Assembly (NCBI GenBank): GCA_963793265.1
Contig: CAWBZI010000002.1
Coordinates: 1-64,000, forward strand
Length of the DNA: 64,000 bases
Direction of reading: 5' to 3'
DNA from: an uncultured cyanobacterium
GTDB taxonomy: Bacteria > Cyanobacteriota > Cyanobacteriia > Phormidesmidales > Phormidesmidaceae
Position 1 is the first letter of the stretch. Each line of letters begins with the position of its first letter. Of the stretch, positions 1 through 9,677 are shown piece by piece. The position numbers and the translations under genes are program-made. The notes beneath the pieces were generated by a model. It was not told where the DNA came from and did not search any database. It saw only the letters and a program-made list of their open reading frames with translations.

Positions 1-5
1 AGCAG

Positions 6-368
6 GTGGTGATCGCCTATCTAGACATCATGGGGTGCGATCTCAACAACCATCAGTACGTAGTCATTCGACATCATGATCAGCCTCAAGGCCACGTTCA
101 CATCGTCCTAAATCCTATTGGTGAGGATGGTGGCGTTCATCATCTCCATGGGGACAGGTTGAAAACGATTCAGGCTACCCGAGCACTAGAGGAGAGATTT
201 GACTTCCTATCAGCCAAGCCAGGAGAGAACTTTCAGCAGCAGGTGATGAGGTTAAAGTGCTTAGGCCAGCCAAGGACGAACGCATCCCCGTACCAATTCA
301 AAGCACACCAAACGAGCGCTCAAGCTGTGTCAGGAATACTTACAAGAGGCCGTGAGGAAATACTATGA
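6..368 (+). CDS. Relaxase/mobilisation nuclease domain protein (MobA/VirD2-like), 5'-partial and short at the C-terminus
   Basis: HUH relaxase motif YVVIRHHDQPQGHVHIVLNPI followed by RALEERFD. The frame is open to the window start. Confidence 0.75.
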   Translation: MVIAYLDIMGCDLNNHQYVVIRHHDQPQGHVHIVLNPIGEDGGVHHLHGDRLKTIQATRALEERFDFLSAKPGENFQQQVMRLKCLGQPRTNASPYQFKAHQTSAQAVSGILTRGREEIL

Positions 369-682
369 CGCTCAATAGCATTAGCGACATTGCCAAATCA
401 GCCAGCTACAACCGTAGTGAAAAGGCTCTGGTGATTCGATTTCTGGATGGTTCTATCCTGTCTATTCCCGTCCGCCTGCTTGAAATGGTCAAATACGACG
501 GCTCAGAGTGGGTCAGCGTGGAGCCGACTGATGAACAACTTGATGTTGTTGAGGTGAGCTATCACGGCGACCGCATTATCTGGGATGACCTCGGCCAGCG
601 CTATCGCATCAGCGACCTCAAGCAGGGTATATACGGTCGAAAGGCTTGGATGGATGGCCTACGGGCAGCGATGATTGCTTAG
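365..682 (+). CDS. DUF2442-like small protein (putative antitoxin-like)
   Basis: LVIRFLDGSILSIP...TDEQLDVVEVS..GDRIIWDDL....ISDL..GIYGRKAWM pattern is typical of DUF2442. ATGA overlap with the relaxase ORF. Confidence 0.65.
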   Translation: MTLNSISDIAKSASYNRSEKALVIRFLDGSILSIPVRLLEMVKYDGSEWVSVEPTDEQLDVVEVSYHGDRIIWDDLGQRYRISDLKQGIYGRKAWMDGLRAAMIA

Positions 683-712
683 TATCGCTTAGATGGACTA
701 TTTTTCTAGCGA

Positions 713-1175
713 TTACGGCGAGCTGGTTTCTCCAGCACCTGAAGCCAGTTCTCGTGCCTTCGCGATCGCACCCTCGGCTATTCGTAGATACGTGGCGATC
801 TGGTTCAGTTGGTTGCGCCGCTCTATGCCTTGGCGTCCTTCAATATTGCGCGGATCGTCGGTTTTTACTCAGGTGAATAACTTTCACGGAGCGGGTCTGT
901 TCGGCGGGCGCGAGGATGGCGGTCTGGGACATTAGTTTGTTGTACCAATACACGGCATACTGTTGAACCGTTTTTCCTTCCGGGGTCTGAGTCACGCCTC
1001 TGGGTCGTTTTACTGAGTAAGCAACCGCTTCTACGTCAGCAGGCGCAATGTAGCAATCGTCGTACTGGGCGATCTCGTCGGTTAGCTGAGTTAGCTCAGT
1101 GGTGAGCGCGGTGATTTGCTCGTCTAGGCCAAAGAACCGGGCTGACTGCGGGCAGCCTCGTTCTTCCAGGCTCAC
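713..1175 (-). pseudogene. Frameshifted hypothetical protein
   Basis: ORF 840-1175 continues in another frame after about 860 (DDPRNIEGRQGIERRNQLNQIATYL...) to a TAA at 713-715. Confidence 0.45.
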
Positions 1176-1654
1176 TCAGCTAAATTTGTACGGTTGGCGG
1201 TGGCAGGACGATAATAACCGAAAGGAACACCTGCCTTACGGTCTCGCTTCAATCGGCACTGGTTTCCTCGGAAATTATTGTGCTTACCATCGAGTGATAG
1301 AACGCGATCACTATCGCCTAAACTTTGCAACCCCACAGGGCGATCGCTCATTTGATAATTTCATACGATTAGGCCGCTACCACGACCTTAGGAGTCTCTG
1401 GCGCAATGCCATCCTCAGCATAATCAGCTAAGTAATCCTCAATCACTTCTTGAAAATTGGCAGCTAATTCTGCAATATTAGCGCCTTCAAAGGAGAGTAG
1501 ATCGCGCTCCATGCCAACCACTAGGGCGTGGTCTAATCCAGGGTTACACTTTTCGATGCGAGCAGGTCATTCAGAAAAGCGATGGCACAGCCCGCTGTAG
1601 GCGATCGCGGATAGGCTGAAGGGTGTCGTCATTTCTCGTTAGCGATCACCCCTC

Positions 1655-3130
1655 ATGAGTCCAGCCCTTGCCCTTGCCGCCAGCCTGCCACCTACCGTTC
1701 GTCAGGACATTGGTATCCAGGTGCTGTCGCGCTCGCAGCCCATCAGCCACATAGCTGCAACGCATCAGGTGAGCCGGAAATTTGTCTATCAGCAAGGCAA
1801 CAAAGCCCAGCAAGCGCTGGATGAATCATTTGCACCGTCTCAAGACGATGACGATGTTCTATTTCATCTACCTGTGACTAAGAACTGGCTCTACCAGCTA
1901 ATTCTGGGGCTAGTGCTGATTTGCCACAGCTCATATCGTGGCGTGGTGGAACTATTGCGTGATCTATTCGATACGCCGCTCAGCATTGGCACCGTCCACA
2001 ATCGGCTAGGAACCATGGCTGACAAAGCCGCAAAGCTCAACCAAGCTCAAGATTTGTCAGAGATTGAAGTGGGTTTGCACGATGAGATATTCCAGGGAAA
2101 ACAACCCGTGCTAGCGGGTGTCGATGCGGACTCAACCTACTGCTACTTGTTGCAGGGAGTGGAACACCGAGACGAAGATACTTGGGGCTGGTATCTCCTA
2201 GAGGCGATGGCTCAGGGGTTTGCTCCAGGCTATACAATTGCCGATGGCGGTAGTGGTCTTAGAGCAGGTCAGAGCGCGGTGATGCCAGAGATTCCCTGTC
2301 ATGGCGATGTGTTTCATATCCAGCAACAGTTTTCGCAGGTGGCCAGTGGTCTAGCTCGCCAAGCCCAAGGGGCCACCACCCGACGCCTCAAAATAGAACA
2401 ACAGATTGCCAAGGCCCGCATCACCAACAGTGTGACGCAGAAAATGATCATCCAACAGGTACAAGCAAATCGCCGGGAAGCCGGACTGATTGCCCGTGCC
2501 AGAGATGTGAAAACGCTATCGCAGTGGCTCTCCCATGATGTATTGGCGCTGGCTGGCCTATCTCTGGCAGGGCGACAGGAACTGTTTGACTTTATTGCCA
2601 CCGAACTTCAACACCGTGAGGGCAAGTACTATCCTACGATTCGCAAGCTCAGAAAGGCCTTGCAGAATCAGCGCAAACAGCTACTGGCCTTTGCCGGTGT
2701 CCTCGACCAAAAACTAGAGGCTATCGCTGAACAATTTGAGCTGCCGCTACAGACGGTAAGGGATGTCTGTCTGCTGCACCGCAAACAAAAGACATCAAAT
2801 CCTTACTGGGAACGGTGGAACCAGTTACATAGCCAGCTATCTGGCAGGTTTCATGGGTTGATGGAGGCGGTGGGTAACGCGCTCAAAGAAACACCCAGAG
2901 CTAGCTCTATGGTAGAGAATTTGAACTCTCGCTTGCGCAATTACTTTTTCCTACGACGGAGCCTCGGCAACGACTATCTAAACGTATTGCAGTTCTTTCT
3001 CAATCATCGGCGGTTCTGCCGTTCTCGGGTGCCTGAGCGGGTAGGTAAAAGCCCTAAAGAACTGCTGACTGGCCAGCCTCATGCTCATTGGCTAGAGCTA
3101 CTAGGTTTTGAACGCTTCCAGAGAGCTTAA
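1655..3130 (+). CDS. DDE transposase (Mutator-like)
   Basis: N-terminal HTH-like segment. Candidate catalytic residues LHDEIF, TIADGG and SSMVENLN, plus a DVFH (C/DxxH) motif. Lies within the TIRs and TSD. Confidence 0.85.
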   Translation: MSPALALAASLPPTVRQDIGIQVLSRSQPISHIAATHQVSRKFVYQQGNKAQQALDESFAPSQDDDDVLFHLPVTKNWLYQLILGLVLICHSSYRGVVELLRDLFDTPLSIGTVHNRLGTMADKAAKLNQAQDLSEIEVGLHDEIFQGKQPVLAGVDADSTYCYLLQGVEHRDEDTWGWYLLEAMAQGFAPGYTIADGGSGLRAGQSAVMPEIPCHGDVFHIQQQFSQVASGLARQAQGATTRRLKIEQQIAKARITNSVTQKMIIQQVQANRREAGLIARARDVKTLSQWLSHDVLALAGLSLAGRQELFDFIATELQHREGKYYPTIRKLRKALQNQRKQLLAFAGVLDQKLEAIAEQFELPLQTVRDVCLLHRKQKTSNPYWERWNQLHSQLSGRFHGLMEAVGNALKETPRASSMVENLNSRLRNYFFLRRSLGNDYLNVLQFFLNHRRFCRSRVPERVGKSPKELLTGQPHAHWLELLGFERFQRA

Positions 3131-3148
3131 AGCATGACGCAAAGCGGA

Positions 3149-3177
3149 TTAGACCATCATCGACGTCGATGGTCTAA
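3149..3177 (+). other. Hairpin downstream of the transposase
   Basis: TTAGACCATC (3149-3158) pairs with GATGGTCTAA (3168-3177). Confidence 0.5.
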
Positions 3178-3327
3178 ATTGTGCTGCCAGTGTTACCTAA
3201 AAGTAGCCATTTGTGAACCACGCCACCACTAGCCCTTGTAATGAATTGTCCCTCAGCATACGCCGGGCGTTAGCGTGGTAGCCCTTATGCTCTAAAACGA
3301 TAGCCGTAGGGGTAGAAATCGCTTTAC

Positions 3328-3822
3328 TCATTTTTGTCCCTGTCTCCAATCTGGGTCATTTTCAGTTATCGAATCGCAGCTTTTTATCAACGCATCCCAG
3401 CTATCAGGTATCTCACCTCTCTCCAAGAGCTTGGCAAACACTACGTATGGATCTCGTTTACTACCCGCTGTCCTGAGTTGCTTTGGCCCATTGATCCAGG
3501 CGTAGGCAACGATTCTACTCTTACGGTCATAGCGGAAAAATAATCGATGGCGACTGGCCGGTTTAGTGCTGAACCAATGTTTGTAAGGTTTTCCCAGCGT
3601 GTTTCCCTGTCGGTATCGGCTATCCGCCGGGTCGTTAGGAATCTCCACCAGGCAACTACGGACGATCGCCTTATACAACGAGACAATATTACTGCGCTCC
3701 CAATTATCAGGATTGCGCTCTTTTATCTTCCTAACGGCGATTGCTAGCTTTCGCATATATTCCTTGAAAGCAGGATGCGCGTAAAGACTCCAGCCGTTGA
3801 TGACAACTGGCTTCCGCCTCAC
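3328..3822 (-). CDS. yhaV: YhaV-family type II toxin (RelE-like ribonuclease)
   Basis: INGWSLYAHPAF...YRQGNTLG...RLFFRY...YAWIN....LRT.GSKRDPY.VF.K.L.RG..P..WD.L closely parallels E. coli YhaV. Confidence 0.88.
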   Translation of the reverse strand: MRRKPVVINGWSLYAHPAFKEYMRKLAIAVRKIKERNPDNWERSNIVSLYKAIVRSCLVEIPNDPADSRYRQGNTLGKPYKHWFSTKPASRHRLFFRYDRKSRIVAYAWINGPKQLRTAGSKRDPYVVFAKLLERGEIPDSWDALIKSCDSITENDPDWRQGQK

Positions 3823-4223
3823 TGCGCGACCTCCTCAGCTTCAATCTCAGCAAAAAGATCTGACAGCTCAGCAGCGTCATCATCTGTAAATTCAAAACTA
3901 CTAGGATCGAAGTTAGCAAGGTTTTCCCAACTCCCAGCAATGGCGATCGCGACCGCTAGAAAATCAGATTCTAATGGCTCTAGCTGCGCAGGATTTTCCT
4001 GAATGGCCTTCTCTCATAACGACAAGAAGGGGCGTAATGCAGGATCAATATCCGCACTAGCCTCACCTTCAGAGTCCAGCTTGGGCCTAATGACAACTTG
4101 GCCTTCTTCATCAATTTCGTACTCTATTTTCCCACCACTCTCTAAGCCAAGGTGCTTTCGGATGCTACTAGGAATGGCCGTTTGGCCGTGATCGCTCAAC
4201 GTTGAAACGTTTCTATCGACCAT
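3819..4223 (-). pseudogene. prlF: PrlF (SohA)/AbrB-type antitoxin, disrupted
   Basis: STLSDHGQTAIPSSIRKHLGL..G.KIEY (AbrB fold) and DPALRPFLSL*EKAIQENPAQLEP. In-frame TGA at 4014-4016, apparent frameshift in a T-run near 3851-3856, and an N-terminus abutting an IS4 remnant. Confidence 0.8.
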
Positions 4224-4910
4224 CTCAGGGCGTAATCTGCAATCGCTGTCTCTGGCGCTCGGTCAGTGGCAACAACGAGCAGTTTGTTGTTATTCATACG
4301 TGTGGCGCTAACGTATACCCATCGGCCCCACAGCCGTCGTCGCTTCGGTAGCACTTGCCTCTGGCCTATCTGTAGATGAGCAAAGACAGTGCGCACTTTC
4401 AGCCGTCGATGTCCGTCAAAGAGCTGCTCATAGAACTGCTCCATCAGGTCGATGCCTTCGTCTGTGTTCGAGTTCCCTTTCTTGTCGAGCATCACCCATA
4501 CCAGCCGAAAGGCGATGCCTTCGTGAACGACGCCGAGCCTCAAGATGTTGACGGGGGTTGTGCCAACATCCCACTGCATACGGTCTACCGCGAGCACCCA
4601 GGGTTCAGGAATCGCCATCCAAGCGACGACTAACTCAGCGATGACGGCATAGTCCATCTCGAAGGCACGGAAGAAGCGTTGTTGTCGTTTGTATTGCGAC
4701 TCCGGCTTAGCTAGACCAGGAAAGACGGCAGCTAGTTCGCTGAGGTTGACCGTCTTAGCCCTGAGCGCGATCAGGAAAGCTGCGACAAACAGGACTCTAA
4801 CGCCGTGCCAGCCAAGGTGGGGCTGTAATTTTGTCCGCAAAGTATTAAGCTCGAACAGGGGAGTTTCGGAAGTTGTGGTTAACTTATGACACTCCCTCCT
4901 TGTCTCCTGC
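4196..4910 (-). mobile_element. IS4-family transposase remnant
   Basis: LNTLRTKLQPHLGWHG...KTVNLSELA...PESQYKRQQRFFR...WVLAVDRMQWDVG...KKGNSNTDE...DYALRWSIETF. Internally deleted and 3'-truncated. Confidence 0.8.
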
Positions 4911-5348
4911 AACGACTTCAACCAGCTCCCAATGGAATCCATCAGGAAAAGCCGTGTGAAAAAGATTGTAGGAAGACTCAAAGTTCTCATCAGAAGCGCG
5001 GTAATGCTCCGAGTCTTTAAGAAATATGTTATGAGTTCCTTCATTAATGATGTCTTGAGCGGTATGATCTTCGCCGCCATTAGTGCTCATGCGGAACTTA
5101 TCTACAACCACAGATATCCACTGCTGAGGATCTGTTTTGAAGGTGGCTTCCATCTCGAACGTTCTGACTAGATTGTGAGCAATCAGGTCTAAAGAGCCTG
5201 CCTCATGGACGCGCCGCTCTTTGGCTGAAATCGCGTTGTTGCGCGAATAGTTAGGGCGATCGCCATAGCGTCACGCAACGCCCGCATCTTCCTTAATCAC
5301 CTCGTCTCTATCTTGCACCCAAAGCGGCAATGTTTCGGCTGTAGCCAT
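4905..5348 (-). pseudogene. Pathogenesis-related/SnoaL-like (ester cyclase) protein, nonsense-mutated and truncated
   Basis: MATAETLPLWVQDRD...A*RYG...NLVRTFEMEATFK.DPQQW.SVV.DKFRMSTNGG...AFPDGFHWELVEVVAG. TGA at 5271-5273. Cut by the IS4 remnant. Confidence 0.65.
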
Positions 5349-5576
5349 TGCGTTAGCTCCTTTTGAATGTGTCTAGTAACGTCACAAACGAACCTCGACA
5401 AGATCTCATCGAAGTTTAACCAGCTTTACAGCTAGCTACATAAGTGTCTCTTTGCCAAGCAGCTATGATTATGCGGTTTTTTTCTGAAGACAATGTTAAG
5501 GATAAAGCCACGACTATTGTGAAGACGAGCGCCACGGTCGCCAAAAAACAATAGGGTTTGATCGCGATAATTATCT

Positions 5577-6311
5577 TTAGAAGGCGCTGGCAGTGGGTCG
5601 GACGATCATTTCGCTCACGTCAACATCGTCGGGCTGCGTGACGGCGTAGAGCACAGCTCTGGCGATCGCATCTGGAGTAAGCGAAATCTTGCGAAATTCC
5701 TGCAAGGCTTCTTTCGCCGACGCTTCGGTGATGTCAGACCCGAGTTCTGTCTTTACTACACCAGGAGATATGGTCGTAACCCGAATGTTCTGCAACTCCT
5801 GGCGCAGTCCTTCTGAGATAGCCCAGACAGCATACTTCGTGGCGCAATAGACTGCGCCTGTCGGGACGACGACATGTGCGCCGATAGATGCTGTGTTAAT
5901 AAAGTGGCCGCTGCCTTGTGCCTCCATAATGGGCAAACCGGCTGCAACTCCGTTCAAGACGCCGTGGATGTTGACGTTAATCATATTGTCCCACTCCTCG
6001 ACTTTTAGAGCGCTCATTGGAGAAAGTGGCATGACACCAGCATTATTAAAGATGACGTCAACGCGACCGAACTTGTCTTTAGCGAAGTTAATAAATGCTT
6101 TTACATTCTCGCGGTTGGTGACGTCTAGCGCTCTGTATTCTACCGTGCCACCTTGGGCGCGAATTGACTTGGCGATCGCTTCCAACCGCTCAGTTCGTCT
6201 CGCCCCTAACACAACGCTTGCGCCGCGCTGGGCTAGCAGCTTAGCACTGGCTTCACCAATCCCACTGCTAGCTCCCGTAATAGCAATGACCTTACCTTTT
6301 GCATCCGACAT
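5577..6311 (-). CDS. SDR family oxidoreductase
   Basis: TGASSGIG, NNAG and YCATK motifs. Confidence 0.95.
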   Translation of the reverse strand: MSDAKGKVIAITGASSGIGEASAKLLAQRGASVVLGARRTERLEAIAKSIRAQGGTVEYRALDVTNRENVKAFINFAKDKFGRVDVIFNNAGVMPLSPMSALKVEEWDNMINVNIHGVLNGVAAGLPIMEAQGSGHFINTASIGAHVVVPTGAVYCATKYAVWAISEGLRQELQNIRVTTISPGVVKTELGSDITEASAKEALQEFRKISLTPDAIARAVLYAVTQPDDVDVSEMIVRPTASAF

Positions 6312-6451
6312 AGCGAGTTTCCTTTGCCTTATTCTTTCATGGCGTTATTGAATGAACTCATCGTAGACCGACATGTCTAGACTATAAATACACAAACCTC
6401 GCAAACTATTGCCTAATCCTCTCAGCTAAGGTTGTAATCGGTAATAGTACA

Positions 6452-7417
6452 ATGCAAGAACATTGCCCTTTTACAGGTAAGCAAGGTATGAGCACAGTCG
6501 CGCAATCTGAAAGAGAGCCTAGTCAGGTGGTGATCGCATGTCAGGAACTAGCAGCGTTGGTGGCTCAGTCAATTGATGGGAAAGGAAACGGTATCCATCA
6601 AACAGCCATACCGCAGCTAGCGTTCATGCAAGAGTCCACGGCTATGACTGAGATTTGCGATGTGACTGAACCAACGCTCGCGATTGTTATTCAAGGAGAG
6701 AAGGAAGTATTGCTAGGCGAGGAAACCTATCAGTACAGCGAAGCGCAATACTTAGTGGTTTCGGTAGATCTGCCGCTTAAAGCCTTTGTTCTCAAAGCAA
6801 CGTCAGACAGACCTTATTTGGGCTTAAAGCTAGATTTGAACCCTACTCAGCTCTGCGACATAATTGACCAGAGCCAGCTACACACAGGTAAACTCGAAAC
6901 CTCGACGAGAGGCTTGTTTGTAAGCGATGCAAATACGTCACTCATTGAATGTGCTACCCGACTCACAAAACTCTTACATACGCCAGGGGACATTCCATTT
7001 TTGGCACCTCTAATAGTTCGCGAGATGTATTATCGCCTTCTCCTCGGAGAACAAAGCGAAGCGGTTCGCCAAGTGGCAACATCTGGGAGCAGTATGCAGC
7101 GCATCGCTGCGGCAATCGGTCAGATCAAGGCCAACTTCACAACATCTCTGCGGGTAGAGAAGTTGGCAAAGAAAGCCAGCATGTCTTCAGCCTCTTTTTA
7201 TCGTCACTTTAAAAGGGTCACGTCTATGAGTCCGCTGCAATATCAGAAGCAGCTACGGCTACTAGAGGCACGTCGGCTGATGCTGTCCGAGAGAACTAGT
7301 GCAGCTAATGCAGCTTATAGAGTGGGTTACGAGAGTCCTTCGCAGTTTAGCCGCGAGTATTCTCGCATGTTTGGCAAGTCGCCAATAAGAGATATAGAGA
7401 GGTTGCGAATAGTTTGA
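6452..7417 (+). CDS. AraC family regulator (YqhC-like, AraC_N domain)
   Basis: YLVVSVDLP N-terminal domain. C-terminal MSPLQYQKQLRL...VGYESPSQFSREYSRMFG. Divergent from the SDR gene. Confidence 0.93.
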   Translation: MQEHCPFTGKQGMSTVAQSEREPSQVVIACQELAALVAQSIDGKGNGIHQTAIPQLAFMQESTAMTEICDVTEPTLAIVIQGEKEVLLGEETYQYSEAQYLVVSVDLPLKAFVLKATSDRPYLGLKLDLNPTQLCDIIDQSQLHTGKLETSTRGLFVSDANTSLIECATRLTKLLHTPGDIPFLAPLIVREMYYRLLLGEQSEAVRQVATSGSSMQRIAAAIGQIKANFTTSLRVEKLAKKASMSSASFYRHFKRVTSMSPLQYQKQLRLLEARRLMLSERTSAANAAYRVGYESPSQFSREYSRMFGKSPIRDIERLRIV

Positions 7418-7508
7418 GCATTGATATTTAAAAACATCAGAAGGCTACATTGAATTGAGAGAAGGCAACCTATAGCAGCGCTTAGTTGTATATCAAGATG
7501 AGCTGCTG

Positions 7509-7958
7509 TTATCTTAAAATGCCTTTTTGTTTCAGTTTCTGGCTGTAAAGGAAAGGTATAAGTCCGACAATCAATATAAAGACAGCAGCGAAAATAAGAG
7601 CAGCATCAAAATTGAAATTAAAAATAGCATTAAAATCAATACCCCGAGCAGTCGTCAGCGCTCTGATGATAAAAACGATTGAGAGTCCTAAATTAACCGT
7701 ATATAGGTAGAAAGCTGCTTTTTTTAGGAAGAAGAGGGCGAGCGCAGCGGCTAAAGCGATGCCGATACCGATAATCGTAAAGAAGTGATCGAGCGCTGTA
7801 ATCTCTATTATGATGTCCGGCTGTCCGGCTGGAGTCGGAATAACGCTTGAGTCGGCCAAATCAAAAGTGAGTAATGACTGCGCGGCGTATATAATATAGA
7901 AGCTGGAAATAATCCAAACTCCAAGGGGTCTCTTTCTCGTAGCGGTTGATTCATTCAT
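7509..7958 (-). CDS. Hypothetical membrane protein (about 4 TM)
   Basis: KRPLGVWII start followed by several hydrophobic segments. Confidence 0.7.
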   Translation of the reverse strand: MNESTATRKRPLGVWIISSFYIIYAAQSLLTFDLADSSVIPTPAGQPDIIIEITALDHFFTIIGIGIALAAALALFFLKKAAFYLYTVNLGLSIVFIIRALTTARGIDFNAIFNFNFDAALIFAAVFILIVGLIPFLYSQKLKQKGILR

Positions 7959-8015
7959 TTGTCTTTCCTTTCTATCGGCGTTTTCTATAGGCTTCTCACG
8001 TCTTCAACACAGAAA

Positions 8016-9677
8016 TTATGCAGGCGGCTGTGCCTTCTCTAGAACCTTTGCTTCGATTGCTTTACCCTGCGCTAATAGACTTTGATAGAGGCCATGTAGA
8101 GACGATCTGTTTTGCGGATACTTTTCTAAGTCTTCTTTAAAAATAACTTCAGCTTGTTCGGGTTCTTCAGCGCTGAGGAGAACATTTCCTAATATCTGTC
8201 GAACGGGTCTGTACCAAGCAGAAGGCTCTGCGTAAGCGAGGCTATCTTCAATCGCAACCCCCTTACTCAAGGAAGCGATGGCTTCTGAGTAGTTTTCTTG
8301 CCTCTCAGCGATTTTTCCAGCCAGCACGGTGGCCGCAATGCTCAGTAAGTCCGCTGCGTCTGCCCTCCCGCAGACCTTTACGCCCTCTAAAGTACTATCG
8401 CCAGCATAAGCTTTCAGAGTTTCTAGTTCCTGCTCAGCTTTTGTAAGGCGGTTTTCACTTTCAGCAAATGCCATACCTCTAGCAAAATGCCAGACGCCCA
8501 CAGGATAGGTCAAATCAGCATCTGGAGATTTTGTTGATAGAATTTCGTTCCATCTACCGAACCTGACTGCGGCGTACAGCGGAAGTACAGAGTAATGCTG
8601 TAGGGTGCCAGCGAAACCAGGTTCTCTTATCAAGGAAGTCTCTATCTGACTTGCTGCCGTTGTTGCCGCTCTTAGTGCGATCTTCTCTTGTCCTGCGATC
8701 GCAGCAGAATACCACAGAAAATTATTGTTGTGAGACATATAGCCGAGTGGATATACCCCTTCAGGATGATAAGCTTCTGCATATTCAAGATCGGCTTCCA
8801 CAGCTTTTTCGTTTGCTGCGATCGCATCTTGATAGCGGCCCACGCGAATATATATATGGCTCGGCATGTGAATCAGATGACCTGCATTGATATTGAGATC
8901 TCTCAAGCGGTCAGCCGCCTCAACCGCTAGCTCAGGCTGCTGTGCTTCTACAGCATGGATGAGCAAATGCAGTGCACCCGGATTATCAGGATCTCTCGCG
9001 ATCGCAGTATTCAAAGTATCTATAAGCTCTACAGTTTTTAGCTTAGGCGACCCATCTTTATTCCAGTAGTCCCACGGCATAGTATCCATCAAAGCCTCTG
9101 CAAAAAGAGTTTTTGCATTCAAATCATCAGGATAGTCTTGTACTAAACTGCGCATTGCTGCTGCGTATGCTTCATCTAGCTGAGTGCGATCGCCCTTATA
9201 CGTAGGTTCGTAACGCCTCGATAGCGCTTGAATGTATCTACGTTCTTTGTCGCTAACTTCACCGCTAAGCACAACCGCCTTTTGCAACGCTTCCCAAGCG
9301 GGTTCATTGGCAGATTCTGACATTGGCAGATTGATATTAGGCCCTAAAACATAGGACATTCCCCAATGGCACATTGCACAACCAGGATCTAGCTGTGCTG
9401 CGGTTTGAAAAGACTTGAAAGCTTCTGCATGGTTGAATGCGTAAGTCAGAACTATTCCTCGATCAAAATACTCCTGTGCTTGTTCGCTTTGGGTTGAGAT
9501 TGGAAAACGGTGGCTTCCTAGTCCATCAAACAAAGGATATTCAGTAAGAGATAGCGTCTTCGCGGGCAGCAGTTGAGGCTGAATGCTAAAAACTAGCAAA
9601 AAAGAGAAAGCCAAAACCAAAGAAAACTTGGTAGTAAAAGCGATCGCGCTTCGAAGCATACAAGTACCTTCAAACAA
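8016..9677 (-). CDS. Secreted TPR-repeat protein
   Basis: N-terminal hydrophobic signal, AQEYFDRG..L.YAFNH.EA, helical repeats and a GHLIHMPSHIY motif. Confidence 0.85.
   Translation of the reverse strand: MFEGTCMLRSAIAFTTKFSLVLAFSFLLVFSIQPQLLPAKTLSLTEYPLFDGLGSHRFPISTQSEQAQEYFDRGIVLTYAFNHAEAFKSFQTAAQLDPGCAMCHWGMSYVLGPNINLPMSESANEPAWEALQKAVVLSGEVSDKERRYIQALSRRYEPTYKGDRTQLDEAYAAAMRSLVQDYPDDLNAKTLFAEALMDTMPWDYWNKDGSPKLKTVELIDTLNTAIARDPDNPGALHLLIHAVEAQQPELAVEAADRLRDLNINAGHLIHMPSHIYIRVGRYQDAIAANEKAVEADLEYAEAYHPEGVYPLGYMSHNNNFLWYSAAIAGQEKIALRAATTAASQIETSLIREPGFAGTLQHYSVLPLYAAVRFGRWNEILSTKSPDADLTYPVGVWHFARGMAFAESENRLTKAEQELETLKAYAGDSTLEGVKVCGRADAADLLSIAATVLAGKIAERQENYSEAIASLSKGVAIEDSLAYAEPSAWYRPVRQILGNVLLSAEEPEQAEVIFKEDLEKYPQNRSSLHGLYQSLLAQGKAIEAKVLEKAQPPA

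Larger units (their letters stand above)
1525..3224 (+). mobile_element. Complete insertion sequence, Mutator-like/IS256-related, 1700 bp
   Basis: 8-bp direct repeat ACCACTAG at 1517-1524 and 3225-3232. Imperfect terminal inverted repeats: GGCGTGGTCTAATCCAGGGTTACACTTTT versus (reverse complement) GGCGTGGTTCACAAATGGCTACTTTT. One transposase ORF inside. Confidence 0.9.
1369..3331 (-). pseudogene. HicB-like antitoxin gene interrupted by an IS
   Basis: Removing 1525-3224 and one ACCACTAG copy restores an 84-aa ORF: MSKAISTPTAIVLEHKGYHANARRMLRDNSLQGLVVGMERDLLSFEGANIAELAANFQEVIEDYLADYAEDGIAPETPKVVVAA. It shows the HicB N-terminal pattern (KGY...G.V......SFEG....EL...F...IEDYL......G..PE.P). Confidence 0.75.

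Noticed and set aside
4196..5080. 294-aa ORF as a single gene
   Set aside because: It is a chimera: an off-frame read of the SnoaL/PR pseudogene running into an IS4 remnant.
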